Positions 25,683 to 39,361 are shown, counted from the first letter of the stretch. The stretch: DNA of 64,000 bases from Octopus sinensis (GCF_006345805.1 NC_043021.1:21452001-21516000); one strand, 5' to 3'. Numbers and translations are program-made. The notes: generated by a model from the letters alone, not told the origin.

Positions 25683-27142
25683 CTAGCAGGTTTACTCCAC
25701 CTTGATTACAAAAAGGTATTTAATCCACCACAACTTCCACCCTGTATTTCCCCTACCCTATCCTTTGGTGGGGGTTAGTCTAACCTGATTGCAAAATGGC
25801 ATTTAATCACACATACCTTTCCCACATCTCTGCCACCCGATCTGGCGGGTTTACTCCACCCTGATTACAAAAAGGTATTTAATCCCACACAACTTCCACC
25901 CTGTATTTCCCCTACCCTATCCTTTGGTGGGGGTTAGTCTAACCTGATTGCAAAATGGCATTTAATCACACATACCTTTCCCACATCTCTGCCACCCGAT
26001 CTGGCGGGTTTACTCCACCCTGATTACAAAAAGGTATTTAATCCCACACAACTTCCACCCTGTATTTCCCCTACCCTATCCTTTGGTGGGGGTTAGTCTA
26101 ACCTGATTGCAAAATGGCATTTAATCACACATACCTTTCCCACATCTCTGCCACCCGATCTGGTGGGTTTACTCCACCCTGATTACAAAAAGGTATTAAT
26201 CCCACACAACTTCCACCCTGTATTTCCCCTACCCTATCCTTTGGTGGGGGTTAGTCTAACCTGATTGCAAAATGGCATTTAATCACACATACCTTTCCCA
26301 CATCTCTGCCACCGATCTGGCGGGTTTACTCCACCCTGATTACAAAAAGGTATTTAATCCCACACAACTTCCACCCTGTATTTCCCCTACCCTATCCTTT
26401 GGTGGGGGTTAGTCTAACCTGATTGCAAAATGGCATTTAATCACACATACCTTTCCCACATCTCTGCCACCCGATCTGGCGGGTTTACTCCACCCTGATT
26501 ACAAAAAGGTATTTAATCCCACACAACTTCCACCCTGTATTTCCCCTACCCTATCCTTTGGTGGGGGTTAGTCTAACCTGATTGCAAAATGGCATTTAAT
26601 CACACATACCTTTCCCACATCTCTGCCACCCCATCTGGCGGGTTACTCCACCCTGATTACAAAAAGGTATTTAATCCCACACAACTTCCACCCTGTATTT
26701 CCCCTACCCCATCCTTTGGTGGGGGTTAGTCTAACCTGATTGCAAAATGGCATTAATCACACATACCTTTCCCACATCTCTGCCACCCGATCTGGCGGTT
26801 TACTCCACCCTGATTACAAAAAGGTATTTAATCCCACACAACTTCCACCCTGTATTTCCCCTACCCTATCCTTTGGTGGGGGTTAGTCTAACCTGATTGC
26901 AAAATGGCATTTAATCACACATACCTTTCCCACATCTCTGCCACCCGATCTGGCGGGTTTACTCCACCCTGATTACAAAAAGGTATTTAATCCCACACAA
27001 CTTCCACCCTGTATTTCCCCTACCCTATCCTTTGGTGGGGGTTAGTCTAACCTGATTGCAAAATGGCATTTAATCACACATACCTTTCCCACATCTCTGC
27101 CACCCGATTTGGCGGGTTTATTCCACCCTGATTACAAAAAGG
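25683..27142. repeat. 159-bp tandem array, 9 full units plus a partial
   Basis: unit starts at 25683, 25842, 26001, 26160, 26317, 26476, 26635, 26792, 26950, 27109. Confidence 0.97.
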
Positions 27143-27657
27143 CAGTTAATCATCCATTGACAGATATCCTTGATTACCAACGGTTGAATAATTGAACTCT
27201 CTTTTATTACACTTGCGTGGTATAAATTAAGTATCAATCAGTGAATTGATTAACAATGTTGATTACTTAACAAGTTCATTGTAATTCTTTTGTAGAGAAA
27301 AAGGGGAGAGGAGCAGAGGTAGACATACCGACAGACAAACAGACAGATCATCACAAGGTTATTAAAGCAGCAACAGTGATTACTGTAGACAGTGAGAGAG
27401 AGTGAGATACAGAAAGAAAGAGAGAGAGGACAGTCAGAGAGAAAGAGAGACAGAGAAAGTAAGCAAGGTATAGTTGTGTAATAAAGAAGTCAGTATTGCA
27501 GTTATGCAGTTTTATGTTCAATCCAATGGAACGGCTTTTTGGCCATGTGTTTTCTGCCATGGCCTTCACTTGACCAAATTCCTCGTGAGAGAAATTTGGT
27601 AGGCACCAACTATGTGAGTGCCAGTCAGAAGGATAGTCATGGTCTTGAATAGGATAT

Positions 27658-27828
27658 TTAAACCAGTACTCTGTGTTTAACACCATTTGGCCCATGTATG
27701 TCTTTAGCAGAGTCCACTCTATAGCAAGTATTGAGGTCAGGTCTCCAGTCTATAGTTAACATCCTGCCTTCTTCTTCTTGCATAGCTTGGAGGCCTGGAA
27801 GAAAGCCAAGTCTGCTGCTCTTTCTTCT
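27658..27828 (-). CDS. candidate exon (RRKSSRLGFLPGLQAMQEEEGRMLTIDWRPDLNTCYRVDSAKDIHGPNGVKHRVLV*), unidentified
   Basis: long polypyrimidine tract + CAG acceptor at 27829-27831; phase-0 frame open to a stop; no family recognised. Confidence 0.25.
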   Translation of the reverse strand, partial: RRKSSRLGFLPGLQAMQEEEGRMLTIDWRPDLNTCYRVDSAKDIHGPNGVKHRVLV

Positions 27829-28360
27829 CTGAGTAACCGATACAAGAAGCAATGAGAACAAGAAGACAACACAGAAAAAACAAGTTTTATCAACTGCTGA
27901 ACTGGTTTAATACTTAAAAAGGAAGGGTAGGTCTTGATATTTTGGACACTAATCCTTCATCAGAAAAAAATTTTTAAATCAGAAAAGATTATAGGAAGCA
28001 AAAAATTTGAGAGAGAAAGAGAGTGGGGAGGGGAGGGAAATGATTGAGAGAAGAGATTGAAGTCAGAAATTGAGAGTAATATGTAGTTACCTACCAATGG
28101 CACATGATATATATGGTTCTTCGTACTCTACTGTCACAGCAGACACGGCTCTGTTAAGAATACTGAGACAAGGCTTTACATATATATGTATAGGAGAGGC
28201 TTCTTTTGGATTACATCTACCAGATCCATTCATAAGGCAATGGTCAGCCCAGGGCTTGATAAAAGACACATGCCCAAGGTGCCAAGTAGTGAAATTGAAC
28301 CCAAGCTTTGTGGTTAGGAAGCAAACTTATTAACACACAACCATGCCTGCTATATATATG

Positions 28361-28392
<32 letters not shown>

Positions 28393-28394
28393 AT

Positions 28395-28740
28395 CATCAT
28401 CATCATCATCATCATTTAGCATCCGCTTTCCATGCTAGCATGGGTTGGACGGTTCAACTGGGGTCTGGGAAGCCAGAAGGCTGCACCAGGCCCAGTCTGA
28501 TCTGGCAATGTTTCTACGGCTGGATGCCCTTCCTAACGCCAACCACTCCATGAGTGTAGTGGGTGCTTTTTACGTGCCACAGGCACAGGTGCCAGATGAG
28601 GCTGGCAAACGGCCATGGTCGGATGGTGCTTTTTACGTGCCACTGGTACGGGGGCCAGGTGAGGTTGGCAACGGCCACGATCGGATGGTGCTTTTTACGT
28701 GCCACTGGCACGGAGGCCTGTCGGGGCAGCACTGGCAAAC
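28395..28740 (-). mobile_element. retroposon fragment with RTE-like 3' end and (GAT)n tail
   Basis: reverse complement of the 13794-14113 family. Confidence 0.7.
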
Positions 28741-29776
28741 GCATTCAGTCAATTATATCGACCCCAGTGCGTAACTGGTACTGAATTTATCGACCCTGAA
28801 AGGATGAAAGGCAAAGTCGACCTCGGCGGAATTTGAACACAGAACGTAACGACAGACGAAATACGGCTACGCATTTCACCCAGTGTGCTAGCATTCCTGC
28901 CAACTCACCACCTTGTGTGTGTGTATATATATATATATATATACTCTTTTACTCTTTTACTTGTTTCAGTCATTTGACTGCAGCCAAGCTGGAGCACCGC
29001 CTTTAGTCGAGTAAATTGACCCCGGGACTTATTCCTTGTAAGCCCAGTACTTATTCTATCAGTCTCTTTTTGCCGAACCGCAATATATATATATATATAT
29101 ATACATATATATACATATATATATATACATATATATATACATATACATATATACACACACACACACCCATATATATATATATACATATATATACATATAT
29201 ATATATACATACACGCACACACACGTTTGTATGTTACAAACATATTTTAACTAACCTAAAGTTAGTTTATACACACACACACACACACATACATACAAAA
29301 TAGACATTTCAAACATCTCCTATTAAATCACTTGTCAGAAACTGGTAGAGAAGTTTTTCTTAAAAAGGAATCAAAGAGTGCTTATTAAATTGTTAGCCAA
29401 ACATTTCTCTATAAAAAAAAAAAAATTCCTATTCACGCACAGGTGTATGTATGTGTATACGCATACATGTTTCTGTAAGTAGTTGTCTGTAAACAGGTGT
29501 GTGTGTGTGTGTGTGTGTGTGCTATGTTTATGAATTATCAATTGCCATTACAAACCAACATGTTGTTTTGAAGTTTTGGCACAGGACCCGGAATTACATC
29601 GACCCCAGTACTCAACTGGTACTTATTGTACCAACCTCAAAAGGATATTAAGGCAATGTTAGCCTCAATGGAACTTGAACCCAGGACATAAAGATGAACA
29701 AAATGTTGCCAAGCATTTCGAGCAGCATCCAAACAATTCTGCCAGTTAACCAGCTTAACAATAATTTTTTTTTTAA

Positions 29777-30164
29777 TTTTATTTTATCTAGTTTCAGCTC
29801 ACAAGCTGTGGCCATGCTGGGGCACTGCCATTTGGTGTTGCTACATGATTTTACTTCACGAATGCTTCTTAGCAATTGCCATTTGGTGCATGAAAGAGTT
29901 CGATGCAGCTGCCCTCATCTGCACCTCCTGCCGTGAAGTTGGTTCATCTGGGACACATGACAGGAAAAGATCCAGTTTTATTTTAAAGATATCTGCATCC
30001 ACCCCATGCAGGTCTCTTAGGTTCTTTGGGAGGATATTGAAGAGCTGTGGGCCTCGGAAGCCCAGGCTATCACAGTATCTTGTCCTACATCTTGATGGCA
30101 AATTTGGAGTCCTTGGCACTATGCAGTGGCACCCAGTTCTGGCATTTGTGTAACTCTCGATGCC
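29777..30164 (-). mobile_element. CR1-clade LINE 3' fragment with SINE-A-like tail
   Basis: ORF 29856-30119 SLGFRGPQLFNILPKNLRDLHGVDADIFKIKLDLFLSCVPDEP (CR1 C-terminus); tail GGCAGTGCCCCAGCATGGCCACAGCTTGTGAGCTGAAAC. Confidence 0.85.
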
Positions 30165-30411
30165 AAAGTTTGATAATGATAATAATAATAATAATCCTTA
30201 ATGCTAAATGCAGAAGGCTTGAAATTTTGAGGGAGAGGGGCTAGTTGATTATATCCAGCCCAGTACGTAACTGGTACTTATTTCATCAACCTCAAAAGGA
30301 TGAAAGGCAAAATCAACATGGGTGGAATTTGAAATCAGAATGTAAAGACAGACAAAATGCTGCTAAGCATTTTGCCTGGGATGCTAACAATTCTGCCAAC
30401 TCACCACCTTG

Positions 30412-30444
<33 letters not shown>

Positions 30445-30451
30445 GTTACAT

Positions 30452-30618
30452 AGGTGCAGGAGTGGCTGTGTGGTAAGTAGCTTGCTAACCAACCACATGG
30501 TTCCGGGTTCAGTCCCACTGCGTCGCATCTTGGGCAAGTGTTTTTGTGCTATAGCCTCGGGCCGACCAATGCCTTGTGAGTGGATTTGGTAGTCGGAAAC
30601 TGAAAGAAGCCTGTCGTA

Positions 30619-30691
<73 letters not shown>

Positions 30692-30896
30692 CTGTGTTTG
30701 TCCCCCTAGCATTGCTTGACAACCGATGCTGGTGTGTTTACGTCCCCGTCACTTAGCGGTTCGGCAAAAGAGACCGATAGAATAAGTACTGGGCTTACAA
30801 AGAATAAGTCCCGGGGTCCATTTGCTCGACTAAAGGCGGTGCTCCAGCATGGCCGCTGTCAAATGACTGAAACAAGTAAAAGAAGTAAAGAAGTAA
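30452..30896 (+). mobile_element. SINE family A (full length)
   Basis: match to family A along its length. Confidence 0.9.
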
Positions 30897-30981
30897 GTTA
30901 CTGTTATTATTTCTTCATTTTTTTTTTTAAAATGATAAATATAAAACCAGAAACTCACAAAAAATAATGATGGGTTTTTAT

Positions 30982-31013
<32 letters not shown>

Positions 31014-31512
31014 TAAGAATAATATTAATTATAAACAAAAGATATATTTAAAGACATAGCCGTGCAAACACCAATAACCAAACATTCATATCAACAACAA
31101 CAACAACAAAATCAAAGAAAGAAAATACACACAACACTAATCTACATATGGTAAATTGATTTCAGGTAAAAACATAAAAATAAATAAATAAAGTGTTTGT
31201 CGTCATCAGACTTTGAGCAGATTATTTGACAGCTCCGATGGCCATGTAGAAAGAACTGAAGACATATCCGATGGCACGCAAGGAAATTATTCTGATAAGA
31301 AGGAGAAAGTGACTGCAGTCACACTAACCAACGAATAATAGCTTTTACCATGAAAGAAACAAGAAATAAAAAAAAAAAATGTTATTACCGAAGCACTACA
31401 ACATTAATTCATTATATATACATGCGCTCTTGCACATGTGTGTGTGTGTGTGTAGTGTATGTGTGTACACACATCTATAATACAAACATAAACACATATA
31501 CTTACAAGCAGT

Positions 31513-31549
<37 letters not shown>

Positions 31550-32004
31550 GTGTGTATCTGCACGTATACACATATGTATATATTCACAAGCACACATATA
31601 CACAAGTGAGTTTGTGCATATGTATATATATGTAAATGTATGTATGTATTCTGTATACAGAGATGCTGTCAGCATAGAGATAGCAACAAGTTATCAATGC
31701 AGCAACGCTCAGTTCTAAGCCCAGCCCTATTTCTTCAATTCTTCAGGCAATAACAGAAGTGTTTAGGACTGGCTGTCAATGGCAACTTCTGGTGTCTATC
31801 ATCTGGTTCTAACTGCTGAACTGGTCAAAGAGGTGAGCAGAATCTCCAATTTGGAAACAAACCTAGACTCAAGGATCTTCAATGCAAATTTAGCAAAAGA
31901 CCTAAGCAAATTTAGTGTTCAATAAAGAAGAGAGAATGCTACTACTGTCAATAGAATGATTATGCCCAATATAGGGGCATAATAGGCGTGTGGTAAGTAG
32001 CTAT

Positions 32005-32403
32005 AGGCATAGGAGTGGCTGTGTGCTAAGTAGCTTGCTAACGAATGACATGTTTCCAGGTTCAGTCCCATTACGTGGCACTTTAGACAAGTGTCTTCTA
32101 CTATAGCGTCGGGCCAACCAGAGCCTTGTGAGTGGATTTGGTAGACGGAAACTGAAAGCCCGTCATATATATGTATATATATATGTGTGCGTTTGTATGT
32201 CTGTGTTTGTCCCCCCAACATCGCTTGACAACTGATGCTGGTGTGTTTACATCCCTGTAACTTAGCGGTTCAGCAAAAAGGGACCGATAGAATAAGTACT
32301 AGGCTTACAAAGAATAAGTCCTGGGGTCAATTTGCTCAACTAAAGGTGGTGCTCCAGCATGGCCACAGTCAAATGACTGAAACACATAAAACAGTAAAAG
32401 AGA
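32005..32403 (+). mobile_element. SINE family A (diverged)
   Basis: match to family A head and tail. Confidence 0.85.
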
Positions 32404-33968
32404 GAGAGTCCACCAGATCCAGTCTTCATGTGTAAGTATTCATGTGTGCATGCACTATGCATTCTTCCTACAACATTAAGAGTACTTTAACTCTTATTTC
32501 TAGCAATCTAGGCACTCAGTTACAGTGACAATTGAATTATTCCTTTATGATATCATATTGCACCTGACTGCTTATATTAATTTTTAGTAAATACACACAC
32601 ACACATACACACACATATCAGTTTTAGAATAAGTACATTACATCTCTGCTTGCCATAAGTGATTACTGAAAGAGTTCATATCAGGAAGGGCCTTTGGGTT
32701 TAAGATTGAAAACATCCTATCCGATAAATTCCAGCAAAGAAAAGCAGACCTAAAAATGATGGCGATGATAATCATAATGGAAATATATATATATACATAC
32801 ATATATTTTATCTAATGGTTCCTTCTTTAACACAGGTCGTGTGTATTTTGAGGGAGACAGATTTGGCTTTTGCTTCTAGCAAATTAAGCAACCACATACT
32901 GATTGCCCGTGAGAGAGTTGCAGTGGGAGAGGAGAAACAAGTGACTGGCCCCTCCATTTGGAGTGTTCCGGTTGATCTGATCAACAGAAAAGCTTGCCCA
33001 TGAAATTAACAAGCAAGTGGCTGAGCACTCCACAGACATGTATAGCCTCAACGTAGTTCTCAGAGAGATTCAGCACAACACAATGTGACAAGGTTGGTCC
33101 TTTGAATCACAGCCAGAACTCGTTTTTTGCCAGCTGAGTGGACTGGAGCAGCATAAAATGAAGTGTCTTGCTCAAGGACACAATGTGATGCCAGGTAACG
33201 AACTCATGACCATGTGGTTGGTAAGCAAGCTACTTACCACACAGCCACTCCTGGGCAGACACACAATGTGCTGCTGGGTATCAAACACACAACCTTATGA
33301 TCATGAGCTGAATACCCTAACCACTAGGCTACATGCCTTCACAAAGAGATAAATATGAAAACTTAACAAAGAATAATACAAAAGACAGTCATCGTTACTG
33401 ACTCGTTAAGAGATTTAATGATTCTTTACTTTTTCCTTCATTTGCGCCCACCCCACCAGGCTACAACCCCACCCGGGCCCCCATCATTAAAAAGTTGGTT
33501 GTTTAACATATCTCCCTCCCCCTCTTTCCTCTCTCTCTCTCTCCTCATGTTTTGCCGAATGTATTTCCATAGGACTGAACTCGATTCAACGCCCCACCCT
33601 GACCTTAGCCTATCCCATTAAGAGACAAAATATAGCTGGCACTCTCCTCTTAGAACAATGTCCGTGCATTATCGAAATGGAATGGAATTAAATCAGATGA
33701 TGAACAAATATGTAAATAAATGCTTAAAAATTTTAAAATTTCAAAAAAATACAAACGCATACACACATACACACACACAAACCACGCACACACAGTGACA
33801 TGCAAATTGGTGATTTTAACATGAAGAGGTATTTCTGATAATTTTTTTATATTTTTTCCTTGGTTTCTTCCATTCTTCTCTTTTTTTTTCTTTTGTTTAT
33901 TTCCTTAGATCCAAGACTAATTAGTTTTATGTATTTTATATTCTTTTATCATTTTCTCTTTTACGTAT

Positions 33969-34037
<69 letters not shown>

Positions 34038-34278
34038 TATTTTTATATTCGGAATGGTCATATTGTTTTGTATTTATTTATTTATTTATCCACATTAATT
34101 GAACCGAAATTCCCCAGTCTTTTAATTAGGAATTAAAGTGTATTGCCAAGTTTCAGCAGCTAAACTCCTACAGCTTCTCTAAACTAAATATAGCTGAATT
34201 ATACAGAAGATTGAGATAACCAGTTTATAAGACGGAGTTACTCCTCAATGAAGTAATCTATTTTTGACAAAGATAAAT

Positions 34279-34640
34279 TCACAAAAGAATACTAGACACA
34301 TGCTTGCATGCACATTTAGATGTGTGTATATATGTGTATGAATTTATGTACATATATATATTTACCTTTATGTATTTGTATACATACATACAAACAAACA
34401 TATATACATGCATATATGTATATATGTACATGTATATATAAACATGTGTGTGTGTATATATGTGTATGTATGCCAGTATATATATGTATGTATATGTATG
34501 TGCATGTGTGTGTGTGCGTATACACGCATACAAACATATATACATGCATATATGTATATATGTACATGTGTATATAAACATATGTGTGTGTATATATATG
34601 TGTATGTATGCCTGTATATATGTATATATATGTACGTATA

Positions 34641-34675
<35 letters not shown>

Positions 34676-35110
34676 TTGTGCATCCATAAATTTATTACAT
34701 GTGGCTGTGTGGTAAGAAACTTGCTTCCCAAACACATGGTTCTGGGTTCAGTCCCACTGTGCGTCACCTTGAGCAAAATACATGCATATATGTATATATG
34801 TACAGGTATATATAAACATGTGTGTGTATATATAAACATATGTGTGTGCATATATACATACATACAAACATATATACATGCATATATGTATATATGTACA
34901 TATATATATAAACATGTGTGTATATATATGTGTATGTATTCCTGTATATATGTATATATATGTATGTATATGTGTATGCCTGTATATATATATGCATGTG
35001 TGTGTGTGTGTGTATCAATAAATTTATTAGATGTGGCTGTGTGGTAAGAAACTTGCTTCCCAAACACATGGTTCTGGGTTCGGTCCCACTATGTGGCACC
35101 TTGAGCAAAA
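34279..35110. repeat. compound TA/CA satellite with a duplicated SINE head fragment
   Basis: AATAAATTTATTA..GTGGCTGTGTGGTAAGAAACTTG at ~34686 and ~35017; repeated CATACAAACATATATACATGC blocks. Confidence 0.8.
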
Positions 35111-35384
35111 TGTTTTCTACTATAGCCTCAGAGTGGCTAAAGCCACGAAAGTGGATTTGGTGTGGTTTCTATCTCTGTGTGCACTTCTCATCAACCACTC
35201 GACAGAGTTTACTGGCCCCCAACACCAGAGCAGTCATCATGTACCCAATAAGTCCTCCCAAACCTACTCTGTCTCCACTCCTTTGCCAAACGCGTTGCAG
35301 AGTGAATTGGTTGCCCTCAGTCACAGCATTAGTTCTAAGGCCAGTGTCATGTGCCTTGCAAAATTAAAAAAAAAAGGTACTCTG

Positions 35385-35602
35385 TCTCTTTTACCCTTTT
35401 ACTCTTTTACTTGTTTCAGTCATTTGACTGTGGCCATGCTGAAGCACTGCCTTTAGTCGAGCAAATCGACCCTGGGACTTATTCTTTGTAAGCCCAGTAC
35501 TTATTCTATCGGTCTCTTTTTCCGAACCGCTAAGTGACAGGGACGTAAACACACCAGCATCAGTTGTCAAGCAATGCTAGGGGGACAAACACAGACACAC
35601 AA

Positions 35603-35633
<31 letters not shown>

Positions 35634-35802
35634 CATATATACGACAGGCTTCTTTCAGTTTCCGTCTACCAATCCACTCACAAGGCATTGGTCGGCCCGG
35701 GGCTATAGCAGAGACACTGCCCAAGATGCCACGCAGTGGGACTGAACCCGGAACCTTGTGGTTGGTTAGCAAGCTACTTACCACACAGCCACTCCTGCAC
35801 CT
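35385..35802 (-). mobile_element. SINE family A (full length)
   Basis: match to family A, with several single-base homopolymer deletions. Confidence 0.9.
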
Positions 35803-36221
35803 ATATATATACATATATATATATTTCCAATAGAAACAATACCTGATGCATTCTTATTTCTTATTCGAGCATTCTCCAGCCTTCCTCCACCTCTAATATT
35901 CTTTTACTTTGTCAAATTTTTCTCAATTTTTCTTTCTTTATTTTGCCTCTCCATCAAATCTACATCCCTTACTATTGTTTGAACTTCTTTATCTGACCTT
36001 TTGACTCATTCATCAGATTTCTCTTCCTAAATAGTACAAAATCTTTTCCTTTATAATTTTAACAACTATAGTTCACCACCACAACACACCCTTTTAATAG
36101 TGAAGCTTTTTCATTTCTTTTTACATACATACATATATATATATATATATGTATGTGATGTATTATATATAATGTATATATATATATGTGTATATATATA
36201 TTATATCTATATATATATGTG

Positions 36222-36253
<32 letters not shown>

Positions 36254-36423
36254 TTGTATAATGTGTATATATATATATATATAATATATATATTATATAT
36301 TATATATGTGTGTGTATATATATATATATATGTGTGTGTGTGGTATATATATATATATAATATCTATATAATATATGTGGTGTGTGTGTGATATATATAT
36401 ATATATATTATATATATATATAA

Positions 36424-36525
<102 letters not shown>

Positions 36526-36835
36526 GTATATAATATATATATATATATGTATATATATTATATCAACATCAAAAGGAAACTGCTCCTCACTAGTTGAATA
36601 AACCACTAAGGCAAGACACTAAGTCCCTACCAATATGAATTTTAATAATAAACTCTTCTCTACTTTCCATATTGATTTTCTACATTAATAAATGTTCAAT
36701 TGTTCAGTTGTTACACTTAAAACCGCTTTAAAATAACTGTTCCTAGCAATTTTTGAGGGGGAAAGGGATAGTCAATACTATTGATATGGCAAGTCAAATG
36801 TTACAAAAGAAAGGAACGCTTTGAGTTATAATAAA

Positions 36836-37236
36836 CTAGCAGTATTGCCCGGCGTTGCTCGGGTTTGTAAGGGAAATAACTATATAAGCATTTTTAGAGA
36901 GTTATAGCCAAAAAATAGCAAAAAAATGCATTAAAAATGGGAAAAAAATGATGGTAAATTTTTTTTTAAATCGTTGACTCATCATAGACATTTTTAGTGA
37001 GTTACTTCCCTTATATAAGAGCAAAAAAAATGCATTAAAATGGAAAAAAATGATGGTAAATTTTTTTAAATCGTAGACTCATCGATCGTAGATGCGCGCT
37101 AATACCCAGAAGAGCTCGATATGAATCACGACTATAAGATACCCGGTTTTGGTTAAACTGCACCGCAAAATGTGGGAGTAGTTAGGAATCTAAATCGTAG
37201 GAGACAGACACACAACTTGACTTTTATATATAAAGA
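36836..37236 (-). mobile_element. non-autonomous Helitron (family H1)
   Basis: 5' TC, 3' hairpin CCCGAGCAACGCCGGG + CTAG; A/T target site. Confidence 0.85.
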
Positions 37237-37617
37237 TGTATGCCCAAGCGTAGCTGTGAGATAAGACGCTTGCTTCCCAAACACATGGTTCCAAGTTCAG
37301 TCCCACTGCATGACAACTTGGGTAAATGTTTTGTACTGGAGCTTCAGACTGACCAAAGCCTTGTGGGTGGATTTGGTAGGCAGAAAGAAGCCTGATGGGC
37401 ATATATATGACAGCTACTTCCTTCTTGCCTATTCTCATATTTTCTCTTATGCCATTGTTCTGTTTTAGCATGCTATACCATGTGGGCAGAGCCTGACGAT
37501 TGTGTGAAGGCACCCGACATGTTATAAAATGCTATCAGAGCTGTTTTCATCACATGAAACTCTTAGTAGCTCATAAAAATATATACTGCATTGGTTAAAT
37601 AACTACATATATATATA

Positions 37618-37809
37618 GTTAAACCAAACAAGAAAGCACAAAAAAACACAACAACGGCAGGACGTGGAACAAATATAGTATTATTGGACACTCAGGAAAG
37701 AAGGAGGGTTTAACGTTTCGAGCGGATCTCTTCGTCGGAAACATAGGAGAAGGAAAGATCCAGAGAAGGGAAGACAGAGGAAAAAAAATCGCCAACAGTA
37801 CACACAAGG

Positions 37810-37812
<3 letters not shown>
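37618..37812 (-). mobile_element. Penelope-like terminal repeat fragment inserted in (TA)n
   Basis: TA repeats at both junctions; contains a minimal hammerhead fold. Confidence 0.55.
37708..37742 (-). ncRNA. minimal type I hammerhead ribozyme motif (variant core)
   Basis: minus strand GTTT-CCGACGA-A-GAG-ATCCG-CTC-GAAA-C-GTT-AAAC: stem I GTTT/AAAC, stem II GAG/CTC, loopless palindromic stem III AACGTT. Confidence 0.7.
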
Positions 37813-37851
<39 letters not shown>

Positions 37852-37895
37852 CACCATCATATATAGCATCACATATCAACGTGTATGTGTGCACA

Positions 37896-37995
37896 NNNNN
37901 NNNNNNNNNNNNNNNNNNNNNNNNNNNNNNNNNNNNNNNNNNNNNNNNNNNNNNNNNNNNNNNNNNNNNNNNNNNNNNNNNNNNNNNNNNNNNNN
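37896..37995. other. assembly gap (100 N)
   Basis: run of N. Confidence 1.
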
Positions 37996-38165
37996 AAGAG
38001 TGTGTGTGAGAGCGTTTGTTCGTGTTTACGTTGTGTGTGTATTATGAGATATGCTTTCAGTATATGATGAGGTGAGGTAAACGCATTTGCTAATAGCTTA
38101 TTCCGTTACCGGTTACGTTACCAGAAACTCATTCCTAAGACAGGCACTTGTGTATGGGTGTACGG

Positions 38166-38200
<35 letters not shown>

Positions 38201-39230
38201 TGTGTGTATGTGTGAGTCGAGGGTGTATGGATTAATTTATATGCATGTGCGTGTGGAGTGTGTGTATATGTGTGTTTGTTTGTATGTGTGTGTGTGTGTG
38301 TTTGTGTGTGGAGGGTGGAGATGAAGGTTCAGCTGTTTAGGCATGCGATATTGGATGAGCAGGCGTGCGTGTCTGTGTGTACGTGTGTGAGTGCGTGTAT
38401 GTGTGCGTGTGCGTGCTGCGTGCGTGTGTTTGTGTTTGTGTGGTGTGTACGGATCTCTACGATTATATTAAATGGGTGTATCTTAAACAACATAAAATAT
38501 TTACACATACACACACTCAACCACCCCTCTCCACCCACACACATGCATACACACATACACACACACAAACATGTATGTATACACACACGAACGCCGACAT
38601 ACATATGAATATATATAAACACATGATTACATGCATATATATATATACACATATGTATATATATATATATATATATATATTATTTATTCCTCTATCTATC
38701 AAAATTAATATTTCCCTTTCCGTACACACGCACCCACCCCACCCCGACTACACTCATACATATATATACATATACACTTATATATATATGCATATATATA
38801 TAGAAAGATATATATATGCATATATGCGTGCGTGTTTGTGTATGCATGTATGTATATATATATATATACATTCGTTTTATTATATATATTCGTGTTATAG
38901 TATATATATATATAATAAATCGAATATATATATATATACACACACACGCACACACACATATATATGTGCCTATATATATGTACACACACACACACGCATA
39001 TACACATATATACACACACACGCGCGCCCACACACATGCATATATATATATACATATATACACATACATATATATGTAATGAAATTACATAATGAAATTA
39101 CTTAGCCTCTATCTTTAATCCGATCAATTTGTTGAATCTTCATATTGCATTATTTCTTGTGCTACATACTCTATAAACTTATTTTATACACACATCTTTA
39201 CGTATATACGCGTTTATATACAGATTATGC

Positions 39231-39330
<100 letters not shown>

Positions 39331-39361
39331 CTCTCTCTCTCTCTCTATCTTTCTCTCTCTG

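Noticed and set aside
25683-27142. CRISPR-like array
   Set aside because: Units are identical end to end with no variable spacers; eukaryotic context; no cas genes
27351-27695. 114-aa ORF MGQMVLNTEYWFKYP..
   Set aside because: The part from CLPNFSHEEFGQV onward is a degenerate SINE-A body
31200-31340. Open frame RHQTLSRLFDSSDGHVERTED.. on the plus strand
   Set aside because: No convincing acceptor or start, and no recognisable family
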